The notes beneath the pieces were generated by a model. It had not been told where the DNA came from. It was given only the letters and a program-made list of their open reading frames with translations, and did not search any database. DNA of 64,000 nucleotides from an uncultured Gemmatimonadales bacterium. Lineage in GTDB: Bacteria; Gemmatimonadota; Gemmatimonadetes; Longimicrobiales; RSA9. The stretch's first letter is position 1, and every line of letters starts with the position of its first letter. The stretch is taken from assembly GCA_963708135.1 (NCBI GenBank), contig OY970192.1, forward strand, positions 1,760,001 to 1,824,000, written 5' to 3'. Position numbers and translations under genes: made by a program. Of this stretch, positions 54,980 to 64,000 are shown piece after piece.

Positions 54980-56569
54980 ATGCCCACCGTCGCACGCCCC
55001 CGATCCGTTTGGGTCCCGCCGCAGGCACAGGCGCACCGCCCAGGGCACTCCGCAACGCCACCCGCCCAGGCCGCCGTTTACCGCCGACGACGGCCCACGG
55101 CCACGCCCCTCTACCCCATCGTCCAGCACCACATCGAGGGCTTCCTGGCCCGGGCCGCCGAAGCCGATCCCTGGGGCGAGGGCGTGGCCGGCTGGGTCGA
55201 GGCCGACTTCCGGGCCTACCTCCGCTGCGGCATCCTGGCCCACGGCTTCGCCCGCGTCCGCTGTGACGACTGCGCCGCCGAGCGCCTCGTCGCCTTCTCC
55301 TGCAAGGGCCGCGGCGTCTGCCCCTCCTGCAACGCCCGCCGGATGGTCGAGGTCGCCGCGCACCTGAACGACGCCGTCCTGCCGCCGCTCCCGATCCGCC
55401 AATGGGTCCTCTCCGTCCCGAAGCGGATCCGCCCCTTCTTCCACCACGATCCCGCCCTTGCCGGCGCCGTGCTCCGGATCCTGCTCCGGGCCGTCCGCAC
55501 CCGCCTGCGTCACGGCAGTCCCGGTGCCGGCCCGGACGCGCAGATCGGCGCCGTCTCCTTCCTCCACCGCTTCGGCTCCGCCCTCAATCCCCACTTCCAC
55601 TTCCACGTCGTGGTTCTCAATGGCGTCTTCACCGGGACCGTGGACGGCGAGGTCCGCTTCGATGAGGCGACCCACTTTTCCGCCGACGACGCCTCCGCCC
55701 TCACGCCCGTCCTCCAGCGCCGCATCCTGCGCCTCTTCCAACGCCGCGGCCTCCTCGAGGAGCACACGGTGAACGACATGCTCACCTGGCAGGGCACCGG
55801 CGGCTTCAGCCTCGACGCCTCCGTCCGCATCCACGGCGCCGACCGGGCCGGCCGCGAGCGCCTCCTCCGCTACTGCGCCCGGCCGCCGTTTGCCCTCGAT
55901 CGCCTGCGGATCGAGCGTCAGTCCGGAGGGCGGGCCGACGACGACGCGGGGGTCCGCCGCGTGTTCTACCGACCCTCCCGGCCCACCTCCGACGGACGCG
56001 CTCTCCTCGCCCTCTCACCCCTCCAGTTTCTGGAAGCACTTTCCCAGCTGATCCCGCCGCCCCGGGTTCACCGCCACCGCTACCACGGCGTTCTCGCCCC
56101 CAACGCACGGCTCCGGCCCCGGGTCGTCGCCCTCGAACGCGACGCAGAGGCCCACGCGGACGAAGCCCACGGCGAGGGGCCCGGGGTCCACACCCACAAC
56201 GAGCCCGCTACCACCCTCACCGGCGCCGCCGCCCGCTCCCGCTGGGCCCAGCTCCTCGCCCGCATCTACGAGGTCTTCCCCCTCCGCTGCCCCGAGTGCG
56301 GCTCGCAGATGCGCATCATCGCTTTCCTCACCGACCCCGCGCCCGTGGGCGCCATCCTCCGACATCTCGACCTGCCCCATACCACACCGCCGCTCTCCCC
56401 CGCACGCGCTCCACCCCAAGTCGCCTTCGACCTCGACGCCGATTCCGTGCGCGCGATGCCGAAACAGGATCCCGTGCCGGCGGAAGACTTCGACCAGACG
56501 CCCGGCTTGGACGCGGCCGACCCCGAGCCCGTACCCGAGCTCGACCTCGACCAGACCCGCGGAGTCTGA
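54980..56569 (+). CDS. IS91-family HUH transposase with Zn-binding domain
   Basis: CG.LAHGF..C..C...SCKGRG.CPSC; HFHFH; RLLRYCARPP; RYHGV; CPECG. Confidence 0.93.
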   Translation: MPTVARPRSVWVPPQAQAHRPGHSATPPAQAAVYRRRRPTATPLYPIVQHHIEGFLARAAEADPWGEGVAGWVEADFRAYLRCGILAHGFARVRCDDCAAERLVAFSCKGRGVCPSCNARRMVEVAAHLNDAVLPPLPIRQWVLSVPKRIRPFFHHDPALAGAVLRILLRAVRTRLRHGSPGAGPDAQIGAVSFLHRFGSALNPHFHFHVVVLNGVFTGTVDGEVRFDEATHFSADDASALTPVLQRRILRLFQRRGLLEEHTVNDMLTWQGTGGFSLDASVRIHGADRAGRERLLRYCARPPFALDRLRIERQSGGRADDDAGVRRVFYRPSRPTSDGRALLALSPLQFLEALSQLIPPPRVHRHRYHGVLAPNARLRPRVVALERDAEAHADEAHGEGPGVHTHNEPATTLTGAAARSRWAQLLARIYEVFPLRCPECGSQMRIIAFLTDPAPVGAILRHLDLPHTTPPLSPARAPPQVAFDLDADSVRAMPKQDPVPAEDFDQTPGLDAADPEPVPELDLDQTRGV

Positions 56570-56763
56570 GGGGCGGAGCCACGCCTGACACCCGCCTGAC
56601 GCAGCAGTCTCCACTCCATCGCCTCGGTTCGGCTCGGTTCGGCTTGCTCTCCGGCCCTCAAACCCTCCCACCCGTCCATCACGAGCACCCTTGACGCCTC
56701 GATCCCCAACCACGCACCCTACCGAAACCGGCCGAAACGGCGTTTGGATTTCCTATCCCTCGC

Positions 56764-57381
56764 ATGACGCCGCACGAGCTGCATGCCGCGCTGGACGGCG
56801 GCGCCGTGCTGCTCGACCTGCGCACCCCGCGGCCGTTCGCCGCCGAGCACGTGCCCGGCGCCGTGAACCTCCAGTTCAACCGCGCCGACCTGGCCGAGCG
56901 CGCCGAGATGATGCTGCCCATGGACGTGCCGCTGGTCGTCCACGCCGAGCCCGAGCCGATCGCGAAGATCGCCGCGAAGCTGCTGGCCGACGCCGGCTAC
57001 GACGTGCGCGGCTGGCTCGACGGCGGACTCGTCGCCTGGAAAAATGCCGGCTTCGAGACCGCCACGACGCCCGTGCTCACCGTGGACGAGCTGGAGGGGA
57101 GGCTGGGCGAGGTGCAGGTCGTGGACGCGCGCGAGCCGTTCGAGTACCGCTACGGCCACATCCCCGGCGCCGTGCTGCTGCCCTACACGGATGCGTGGGG
57201 GAAGAGCGGCGCGCTGCCGGCGGGCAGGCCCCTCGCCGTGGTCTGTGGCGACGAGGTGCGCAGCGCCGCCCTCGCCTCGCTGCTCCAGCGCGACGGCCGC
57301 GACGTGCGCCTCGTCACCGGCGGCACGACCGACTGGCTGGCGCGGGGGTTCGCGGTGGTGAAGGGCGCGCCGCCAGCTTAG
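56764..57381 (+). CDS. Tandem rhodanese-domain protein
   Basis: LDLR..F..EHVPGA and VDAREP.EY..GHIPGA; active-loop Cys only in domain 2 (VCGDEVRS). Confidence 0.9.
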   Translation: MTPHELHAALDGGAVLLDLRTPRPFAAEHVPGAVNLQFNRADLAERAEMMLPMDVPLVVHAEPEPIAKIAAKLLADAGYDVRGWLDGGLVAWKNAGFETATTPVLTVDELEGRLGEVQVVDAREPFEYRYGHIPGAVLLPYTDAWGKSGALPAGRPLAVVCGDEVRSAALASLLQRDGRDVRLVTGGTTDWLARGFAVVKGAPPA

Positions 57382-57457
57382 CCTGGCGGCGACTACTCGA
57401 CGCAAGCAAGCCGCAGTTCAAGTGCCGCAGTCCAAGGTTGACACATTCATCGGCTCC

Positions 57458-58779
57458 CAGTACTGTCCGGTTAAGCTGAGATGATGATGCCGTAACGGAT
57501 TGCTACATGGTGCGTTACGACGTTTTGGTTGCCGCACCGATTTGAACTTCGCTCCTGCGCCGCTATCCTGCCCGGACCCCCCGGCCGGAGTAGCGCATGA
57601 ATCCCGGAAGCACGGTTTTCTCACAGGTGATGGCCCACGCATCTCGCTTCGCGCTCGATCGGTGCATCCGCCGCTACCACGGCAACCGGAGGGTCCGACG
57701 TTTCTCGTGTCGGGACCAGTTCCTCGCCATGGCCTTTGCCCAGCTCACCTACCGGGAGAGCCTGCGGGACCTCGAGGCCACCCTCGGGGCGGCCCCCGAG
57801 AAGCTGTACCATCTTGGCTTCCGTTCGCCGCTCTCTCGCAGCACGCTCGCCGATGCGAACGAGAATCGCGACTGGCGCATCTACGCCGATTTCGCTCAAC
57901 GCCTGATCGCAGACGCGCGTCGGCTCTACGCCGACGACACGTTGGGGATCGAGCTCACGAACACCGTCTACGCGCTGGATTCCACCACGATCGACCTGTG
58001 TTTGTCGCTGTTCCCCTGGGCCTCGTTTCGTACGAGCAAAGGCGGCGTGAAGCTGCATACACTGCTCGACTTGGCAGGCAGGATCCCCGCCTACGCCTGG
58101 ATCACGGACGCGAGCACCCACGATGTGCGCATCCTCGATGCGCTTATCCCGGAGCCCGGATCGATCTACGTCCTGGACCGCGGCTACGTCAACTTCGCCC
58201 GGCTCTACCGACTCGATCAGCACCGGGCCACCTTCGTCGTTCGCGCCAAGGCAAACCTCAAGTTCAACCGGCTCTCCTCAGGACCCGTCGATCGCACCAC
58301 CGGCGTCTTCTGTGATCAGATCATCCGCCTTGCGCTGCCCCGGTCTGCCAGGGCCTATCCCGACCGGCTTCGCCGCGTGCGTTTCAAGGACGCAGGGTCC
58401 GGGCAGGACCTCGTCCTTCTGACCAACAACGTCGCGCTGCCCGCCGTTACCGTGGCCGAGCTCTACCGCCTGCGGTGGCAGATCGAGCTCTTCTTCAAAT
58501 GGATCAAGCAGCACCTCAGGATCAAGCGCTTCTTCGGCACGAGCGCGAACGCTGTGCGCACGCAGATCTGGATCGCGATCAGCGTTTACGTCCTCGTCGC
58601 GATCGTCCGCAAGCGGCTCCGGATCGAGCGCGAACTCTACACAATTCTACAGATCCTGAGCGTCTATGCGTTCGAGAAAGCCCCTCTCGCACAAGTACTT
58701 ACGCGTTCGGCCTACACCCCCGAAGTCCCCTCCGATCGTAACCAGTTGTCGCTCTTCAACTTGTGACCGGACACTACTG
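57458..58779 (+). mobile_element. IS4-family insertion sequence with 9-bp target duplication
   Basis: TIRs CAGTACTGTCCGGT / ACCGGACACTACTG (13/14); ATCGGCTCC at 57449-57457 and 58780-58788. Confidence 0.95.
57597..58766 (+). CDS. IS4-family transposase (DUF4372 plus DDE)
   Basis: ALDSTTI, KLHTL, DRGY, Y..RWQIELFFKWIKQ. Confidence 0.95.
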   Translation: MNPGSTVFSQVMAHASRFALDRCIRRYHGNRRVRRFSCRDQFLAMAFAQLTYRESLRDLEATLGAAPEKLYHLGFRSPLSRSTLADANENRDWRIYADFAQRLIADARRLYADDTLGIELTNTVYALDSTTIDLCLSLFPWASFRTSKGGVKLHTLLDLAGRIPAYAWITDASTHDVRILDALIPEPGSIYVLDRGYVNFARLYRLDQHRATFVVRAKANLKFNRLSSGPVDRTTGVFCDQIIRLALPRSARAYPDRLRRVRFKDAGSGQDLVLLTNNVALPAVTVAELYRLRWQIELFFKWIKQHLRIKRFFGTSANAVRTQIWIAISVYVLVAIVRKRLRIERELYTILQILSVYAFEKAPLAQVLTRSAYTPEVPSDRNQLSLFNL

Positions 58780-58893
58780 ATCGGCTCCGTATATTTTTTG
58801 TCATCCCGCTGCTGCGCAGGCGCCCCACAGTCGTTCTCTGCATGGTGTCCCGCAGTGTCCCCAATCAGCTACACGATACGTGGACACGCCGAC

Positions 58894-60468
58894 ATGCTCA
58901 CGAGACGTGCATTGCCGCTGACATTGGCCGTTGCTGGGCTTGCTGGTGCCGGCTGCCACATGGATTCGCCTACCTCGGCCGACGTGATACGCCCAGCCCG
59001 GACGGCCGTGGATCTCGATCCACTCACGGACGTGATCCCGGGCCAGTACATCGTGATGCTGAGCGACACGGTTTCGGACGCTGCCAGCCTCGCAAATCAC
59101 GCAGTCCAGTCTGCTGGTGGGCACCTGCGCTTCACGTACGACCACGTGTTCAAGGGATTTGCTGCAAAAGTTCCATTGGGCGCCGTCGAAGGCCTGAGGC
59201 ACTTCCCCGGGGTCGCCGGAGTCTACCCCGACCACTACGTGCACATGGCCAGCCTCGGTTGGCACCTGGACCGGATCGACCAGCGCGATCTCCCGCTCGA
59301 CGGCCAGTACCGCCTGAATCGCCGTACCGGCAAGAACGTGCACATCTACATCCTGGACAACGGCGTCCGGATCACGCACGACGAGTTCAAGGACTCGCTC
59401 GGCGGCTCACGGGCGTCGAACGGGGCCAGTTCGTGAGTGATAGCCTGTGGTTTTGGTGTAAGCGGAACCGGAAGGAGCGGCCACGGGACCCATGTTGCGG
59501 CCCTGGCGGCGGGCCGTACCTTCGGGGCGGCCCCAGGCGCAAGCATCGTCAACGTGCGTGTTCTGGACTGCAATACAAATCCAGAAGGGTCCGGGAGTGA
59601 GAGTACCGTCGTTAAGGGGATGGACTGGGTCGCCGCGAACAAAGTGCGCCCTGCCGTCGTAAATCTTAGTCTCAACATCGTTGAAGCTCCTCCCAACGAC
59701 ACGGCATTGACAAGATCCGTCAATGCATTGCTCGGAGCCAACATTACTACAGTCGTCGGGGCGGCCGGAAATGCCAAAGCCAATGCCTGCTACTGGTTCC
59801 CCGGATCCGAGACCGGCGTCATCACCGTCGGATTCACGACCCTGAGCGATTCGATCGGTTACTACTCGAATCAGGGAAGTTGCGTGGATCTCTTCGCCCC
59901 GGGAGCAGACATCGTCTCGGCGTGGGATACCGGAGACAACGCCACGCATACGCTGAGTGGCAGCTCACAGGCCGCCCCTCTGGTTGCCGGCGCCGCAGCC
60001 CTCTACTTGCAGGACCATCTCAGTGCGACGCCGTCGGAAGTAAAGAATGACCTGGTGGGCACGGCTACCAGCGGGCGGCTATCGGGAATCACCCTCCCCG
60101 GGACCCCGAATCTACTCCTGTACGCGCTACGGCCATCGCCGCTCTCGGTCTCGGTCACGGGACCAACCTACATCTCCGCGAAGGGCACCTATACCTTCAC
60201 CGTGAGCTATTCGGGCTACGTGTCGCCCACGATTGACTGGACGGAAAAGCCGTGCTATGCGGCCGGAGACGGCTTCTGCACGTGGCACGATCTCGGCGGC
60301 GGGACGACCCAGAACCGGGTCCTCGCCCCTGATTGCACGGTTGGATACGACCTCTACGAGATCCGCGCCACCGTAACCGATTCAGACGGGCTGTATGCCA
60401 GCGACACCCACGATGTGCATCTCTGCAACGCCCCCGCCCCGGTGCCCAGTTCGCCGGGAGAGGACTGA
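58894..60468 (+). pseudogene. Lipoprotein S8 subtilase (aqualysin/proteinase K-like), copy 1, disrupted near 59430-59455
   Basis: Lipobox AGAGC; I9 propeptide; ILDNG, HGTH and GSSQA triad; TGA at 59434 lies between compensating indels. Confidence 0.88.
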
Positions 60469-61160
60469 TGGGCGTCGCCTTGCAGTTCCTGGCCGCTCCC
60501 GCTCCGGCGAACCGCGGACGAACCGGGAAACCACGGCACCGGCGCTTTCTCGCCGCCTGTTCGGTCCTCATGTTTGCACTGCTCGCCGGGGCGGCGTGCG
60601 ACCACTCACCGACTCGCCCTGCCGAGGAGCCGGACCTGAAGCCGGGGAAGCTCATCTACCAGTGGTGTCCCATCGACCAGACGGACTTCTGGCCATACGG
60701 CAAGCCGGCGGCGCCGACGGTCATCGTGGATGCGTTGCCAAGCCCGGTCCTCGAGTCTGGCCCGAATGCCGCACCATATTACCCTCTATCAGCCGAGCAG
60801 GAGGCCCGGATCACGGCACACGGTGCACGGATCCTGTACCGGTTCAACGCCAATATGGTACGTATCGAGGTCCCCACGGATTCGTTGGCGGCCATGGTGA
60901 AGGCTCCGCCGCTCGTTCTCGACGGTGTGCTTTCCGTCCCCGACACGCTGCACCACGATTACGTTTCGGATTTGGTCTTTGACCACACGCTCACTAGTGA
61001 CGATTCGTTGCTGGTGTTGCGGCTGGGCGGCTGGCCAGAGCGTCACGAGGCGGGGGATAACGTCCTTCATGCAACCATTCCTGATTCCATCGTGCCGGAG
61101 CTACGCAATCACGGCCTGATCTACTCGCTCGTGGACTTCACAGGTTGCGGCGCAGTCTGA
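60468..61160 (+). CDS. Hypothetical lipoprotein translationally coupled to the subtilase
   Basis: TGATG overlap; LAGAAC lipobox. Confidence 0.72.
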   Translation: MGVALQFLAAPAPANRGRTGKPRHRRFLAACSVLMFALLAGAACDHSPTRPAEEPDLKPGKLIYQWCPIDQTDFWPYGKPAAPTVIVDALPSPVLESGPNAAPYYPLSAEQEARITAHGARILYRFNANMVRIEVPTDSLAAMVKAPPLVLDGVLSVPDTLHHDYVSDLVFDHTLTSDDSLLVLRLGGWPERHEAGDNVLHATIPDSIVPELRNHGLIYSLVDFTGCGAV

Positions 61161-61184
61161 CCGGCTTTCAATACAGCAGTCGAG

Positions 61185-61375
61185 CCTCCCTCCTCGTCGG
61201 CGACGTCGGCCGCTCCGACCTGCTCCTTCGGCGACCAGGCGCTCGACGTGCCGCCCTCGCCTCGCTCCTCCAGCGCGATGGCCGCGACGTGCGGCTCGTC
61301 ACCGGCGGCATGACCGACTGGCTGGCCCGGGGGTTCGCGGTGGCAAAGGGAACCGCGGCAGCTCAGGCTGGCGGC
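61185..61375 (+). pseudogene. MBL-fold hydrolase scrap fused to the 3' end of a second rhodanese copy
   Basis: SLLVGDVGRSDLL, then 61250-61375 paralogous to 57265-57390. Confidence 0.78.
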
Positions 61376-62286
61376 CACCAGTCAACGCAAACGCGCCGCG
61401 GCTCAGTTGCCGGACCTTAGTGGTTGACAGATTGAGGCATTTTCGCTTGCACATTCCACCACCTCGCCGCTGCGCAGGCGCTTAAATCGGTCCCGCAGCG
61501 CCCCCGATCAGCTACACCATGATGGGACACGCCGACATGTTCACGCGAAGTGCGTTGCTGCTGACACTGGCCGTTGCTGGGCTTGCTGGTACCGGTTGCC
61601 ACATGGATTCGCCTACCTCGGCCGACGTGATACGCCCAGCCGGACGGCCGTGGATCTTGAACCACTGACGGATGTCATCCCGGGCCAGTACATTGTGATG
61701 TTGGCCGACACAGTTTCTGACGCTGCCAGCCTCGCAAACCACGCAGTCCAATCTGCTGGTGGGCACCTGCGTTTCACGTACGACCACGTGTTCAAGGGGT
61801 TTGCTGCAAGAATTCCGTTGGCCGCCGTCGAAGGCCTGAGGCACTTCCCCGGGGTCGCCGGAGTCTACCCCGACCACTACGTGCACATGGCCAGCCTCGG
61901 TTGGGACCTGGACCGGATCGACCAGCGTGATCTCCCGCTCGACGGCCAGTACCGCCTGAATCGCCGTACCGGCAAGAACGTGCACATCTACATCCTGGAC
62001 AACGGCGTCCGGATCACGCACGACGAGTTCAAGGACTCGCTCGGCGGCTCACGGGCGTCGAACGGCGCGAATCTCCTCTTGGGCGATCTGCCCAGCGACA
62101 GCCTCTGGTTTTGCAATGGCGTCAGCGACGACGGCCTGAGCGGGCACGGAACGCATGTCGCGGCCCTCGCGGCCGGCCGGACCTTCGGGGCCGCACCGGG
62201 TGCGCGAATTGTCAATGTGCGCGTGTTGAATTGCAACAATGACGTTGAAGGGGCCGGCGCGGAAAGCACGCTGTTGGCAGGGCTAG

Positions 62287-63920
62287 GAGCGTGTCCGAGT
62301 AAGCACGCGCGCGCGTGTGCGCACGCGGGGATGTACACGCCGCCTTCGGTGATGTAGTTTGGCGGCAGCCCTTTTCGAGGAGTCTGCCGCGTGGCGAAAA
62401 CGTTTCGTCCGTACGATCCGGATCAGCTTCTGGTGCTGCCACCCTCGCTTCGGGAGTGGCTGCCGCCCGAGCACCTGGTCTACTTCGTGAGCGACCTGGT
62501 GGACACCCTGGATCTCTCGCGGATCTACGACAGCTACGACGAGGAGCGGGGCTATCCGCCCTACCACCCGCTGCTGATGACGAAGCTCATCCTCTATGGG
62601 CAGGTGGTGGGCGTGCGCAGCTCGCGGAAGATGCAGCGGGCGTGCCTGGAAGACGTGGCGTTCCGGGTCGTGTGCGCCGGGGCGAGCCCGGACTTCCGTA
62701 CGGTCGCGGATTTCCGCAAGCGGCACCTCAAGGCGCTGGCGGACCTGTTCACGCAGGTGCTCCAGCTGTGCAAAGCGGCGGGGCTGGTCAAGCTGGGGCA
62801 CGTGGCGATCGACGGCACGAAGGTCAAGGGGAACGCGAGCAAGCACAAGGCGATGAGCTACTCGCGCATGGTGGAGGAGGAGAAGCGGCTGAGGGCTGAG
62901 GTGAACCGTCTGTTGGCGCAAGCCGCGGCGGAGGACGCGGAAGAGGACCGGCGCTACGGCAAGGACTCGGCCGGCGAGGAGCTTCCGGAAGAGCTGCGGC
63001 GCCGTGAGAGCCGGCTGAAGAAGATCCAGGAAGCGAAGGCGGCGCTGGAAGCCCAGGTCCGGGGCCAGGCCAAGGCGGCGGGCATGGAGAAGCCCGAGGA
63101 GGCGAAGCCGGAGGGCAAGGCGCAGCGCAACTTCACCGATCCGGAGAGCCGGATTATGCTGAACAGCGAGAAGACCTTCGTGCAGGGCTATAACGCCCAA
63201 CTCGCCGTGGACGCCGAGCACCAGATCGTCGTGGCCGAGGACGTGGTGCAGCAGAGCAACGATAAGAACTTGCTGGTGCCGATGGTGGAAGCCGTTTGTG
63301 ATACTGTAGGCGAGACGCCGGAGGCGGTGAGCGCGGACGCGGGCTACTGGACGGAGGCGGACATCGAGCGGCTCGAGTGGTACGAGATCGACGTCTACGT
63401 GGCGCCGGAGAAGGTGCGTCACCGCGAGTGGCGTGAGGGGCCGCGGAGCGAGGGGCCGCCGCCGGCGGACGCGAGCACGAAGGAGCGCATGCGGCACAAG
63501 CTGCGGACCGCCGAAGGCCGCGCGCAGTACGACCGCCGCAAGGTCACCGTCGAGCCGGTGTGCGGGCAGATGAAGGATGTGATCGGACTGAGGCACTTCC
63601 TCCTGCGCGGTCACGAGAACGTGCGCGGTGAATGGCGCCTCGGCTGCACCGCACACAACCTGCTCAAGCTCTTCCGGGCGTGCCGTGCGGGGGTGACCTC
63701 CATCGACGAGGTGCTCGCCGCGGCGAAAGCGGGGCTCCATGTGGTAGTGGCCCCCGCCTGAGCGCCCCGATCGGGCGTAATGCGCCCGGTACAGAGCCGG
63801 AGAGGCGCCGAACACGGGGCGTGGGACCCGGGCGCACATCGATTGGGGCCGTCCCGGTCCCCGCCTACCCCGGCCGCGACCGGCCCAGCGATGGTTCGCG
63901 GCCATTACGGAGACGGGCTC
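62287..63920 (+). mobile_element. IS1182-family insertion sequence with CTAG target duplication
   Basis: CTAG at 62283-62286 and 63921-63924; imperfect TIRs GAGCGTGTCCGAGTAA / TTACGGAGACGGGCTC. Confidence 0.93.
62391..63761 (+). CDS. IS1182-family transposase
   Basis: G.PPYHP, SSR, PDFRT, AIDGTK..NAS, TDPES, GYNAQ, ADAGY, R..VEP..G..K. Confidence 0.94.
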   Translation: MAKTFRPYDPDQLLVLPPSLREWLPPEHLVYFVSDLVDTLDLSRIYDSYDEERGYPPYHPLLMTKLILYGQVVGVRSSRKMQRACLEDVAFRVVCAGASPDFRTVADFRKRHLKALADLFTQVLQLCKAAGLVKLGHVAIDGTKVKGNASKHKAMSYSRMVEEEKRLRAEVNRLLAQAAAEDAEEDRRYGKDSAGEELPEELRRRESRLKKIQEAKAALEAQVRGQAKAAGMEKPEEAKPEGKAQRNFTDPESRIMLNSEKTFVQGYNAQLAVDAEHQIVVAEDVVQQSNDKNLLVPMVEAVCDTVGETPEAVSADAGYWTEADIERLEWYEIDVYVAPEKVRHREWREGPRSEGPPPADASTKERMRHKLRTAEGRAQYDRRKVTVEPVCGQMKDVIGLRHFLLRGHENVRGEWRLGCTAHNLLKLFRACRAGVTSIDEVLAAAKAGLHVVVAPA

Positions 63921-64000
63921 CTAGAATGGGTATCCAATAACGAGGTCCGCCCGGCAGTCGTTAATTTGAGCGTGAACGTGCGACCGGATACATCTTTGAC

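Larger units (their letters stand above)
54795..56760 (+). mobile_element. IS91/ISCR-like rolling-circle element
   Basis: HUH transposase; oriIS-like GGCGTTTGGATTTCCTATCCC at 56739-56759; left end inferred from the IorB junction. Confidence 0.75.
61537..64000 (+). pseudogene. S8 subtilase copy 2, frameshifted and split by IS1182 (runs off window)
   Basis: One C missing near 61640 relative to copy 1; removing the IS restores LAGLEWVSNNEVRPAVVNLS. Confidence 0.9.

Noticed and set aside
59434..59436. Stop read-through in the subtilase
   Set aside because: The homologous SDSLWF peptide lies in a shifted frame, so two compensating indels explain the stop.

Overview
This is a high-GC accessory region. 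The ADOP permease, TolB/TPR Ser/Thr kinases and TIGR02999-type ECF sigma factor suggest Gemmatimonadota or Acidobacteriota (inference). (1) 1-13.2 kb is a copper/heavy-metal island: CopA C-terminus, Met-rich cytochrome c and Spy/ZraP-like proteins, a CusRS-like two-component system coupled to a PII-like protein, a Rieske protein, a PCYCGC protein and a decayed ccm/ccdA operon. Its promoters share a motif I could read seven times: TGAA-N6-TTCA-N7-TTCA-N7-TTCA-N12-(-10). (2) 13.2-20.7 kb is an Fe-S/NO-stress module (four DUF2249 domains, DUF59, membrane protein, TIM-barrel-like protein, FTR1, RIC, SufR-like regulator) around a perfect 24-bp palindrome made of back-to-back -35 boxes. (3) 20.7-49 kb holds hydrolases, a cardiolipin synthase, an ECF sigma-kinase pair, three more kinases, a BrnT TA pair, Uma2 and many deletion-fused gene scraps. 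(4) 44-64 kb is IS-dense (IS1634, IS256 relic, IS91/ISCR-like, IS4, IS1182). It includes an IS91/ISCR-like element whose left boundary is a tmRNA/tRNA-Ala-type 3' end, and a tandemly duplicated rhodanese-subtilase unit in which both subtilases are inactivated. All calls are by eye, without database searches. Single-base frameshifts could be sequencing errors.
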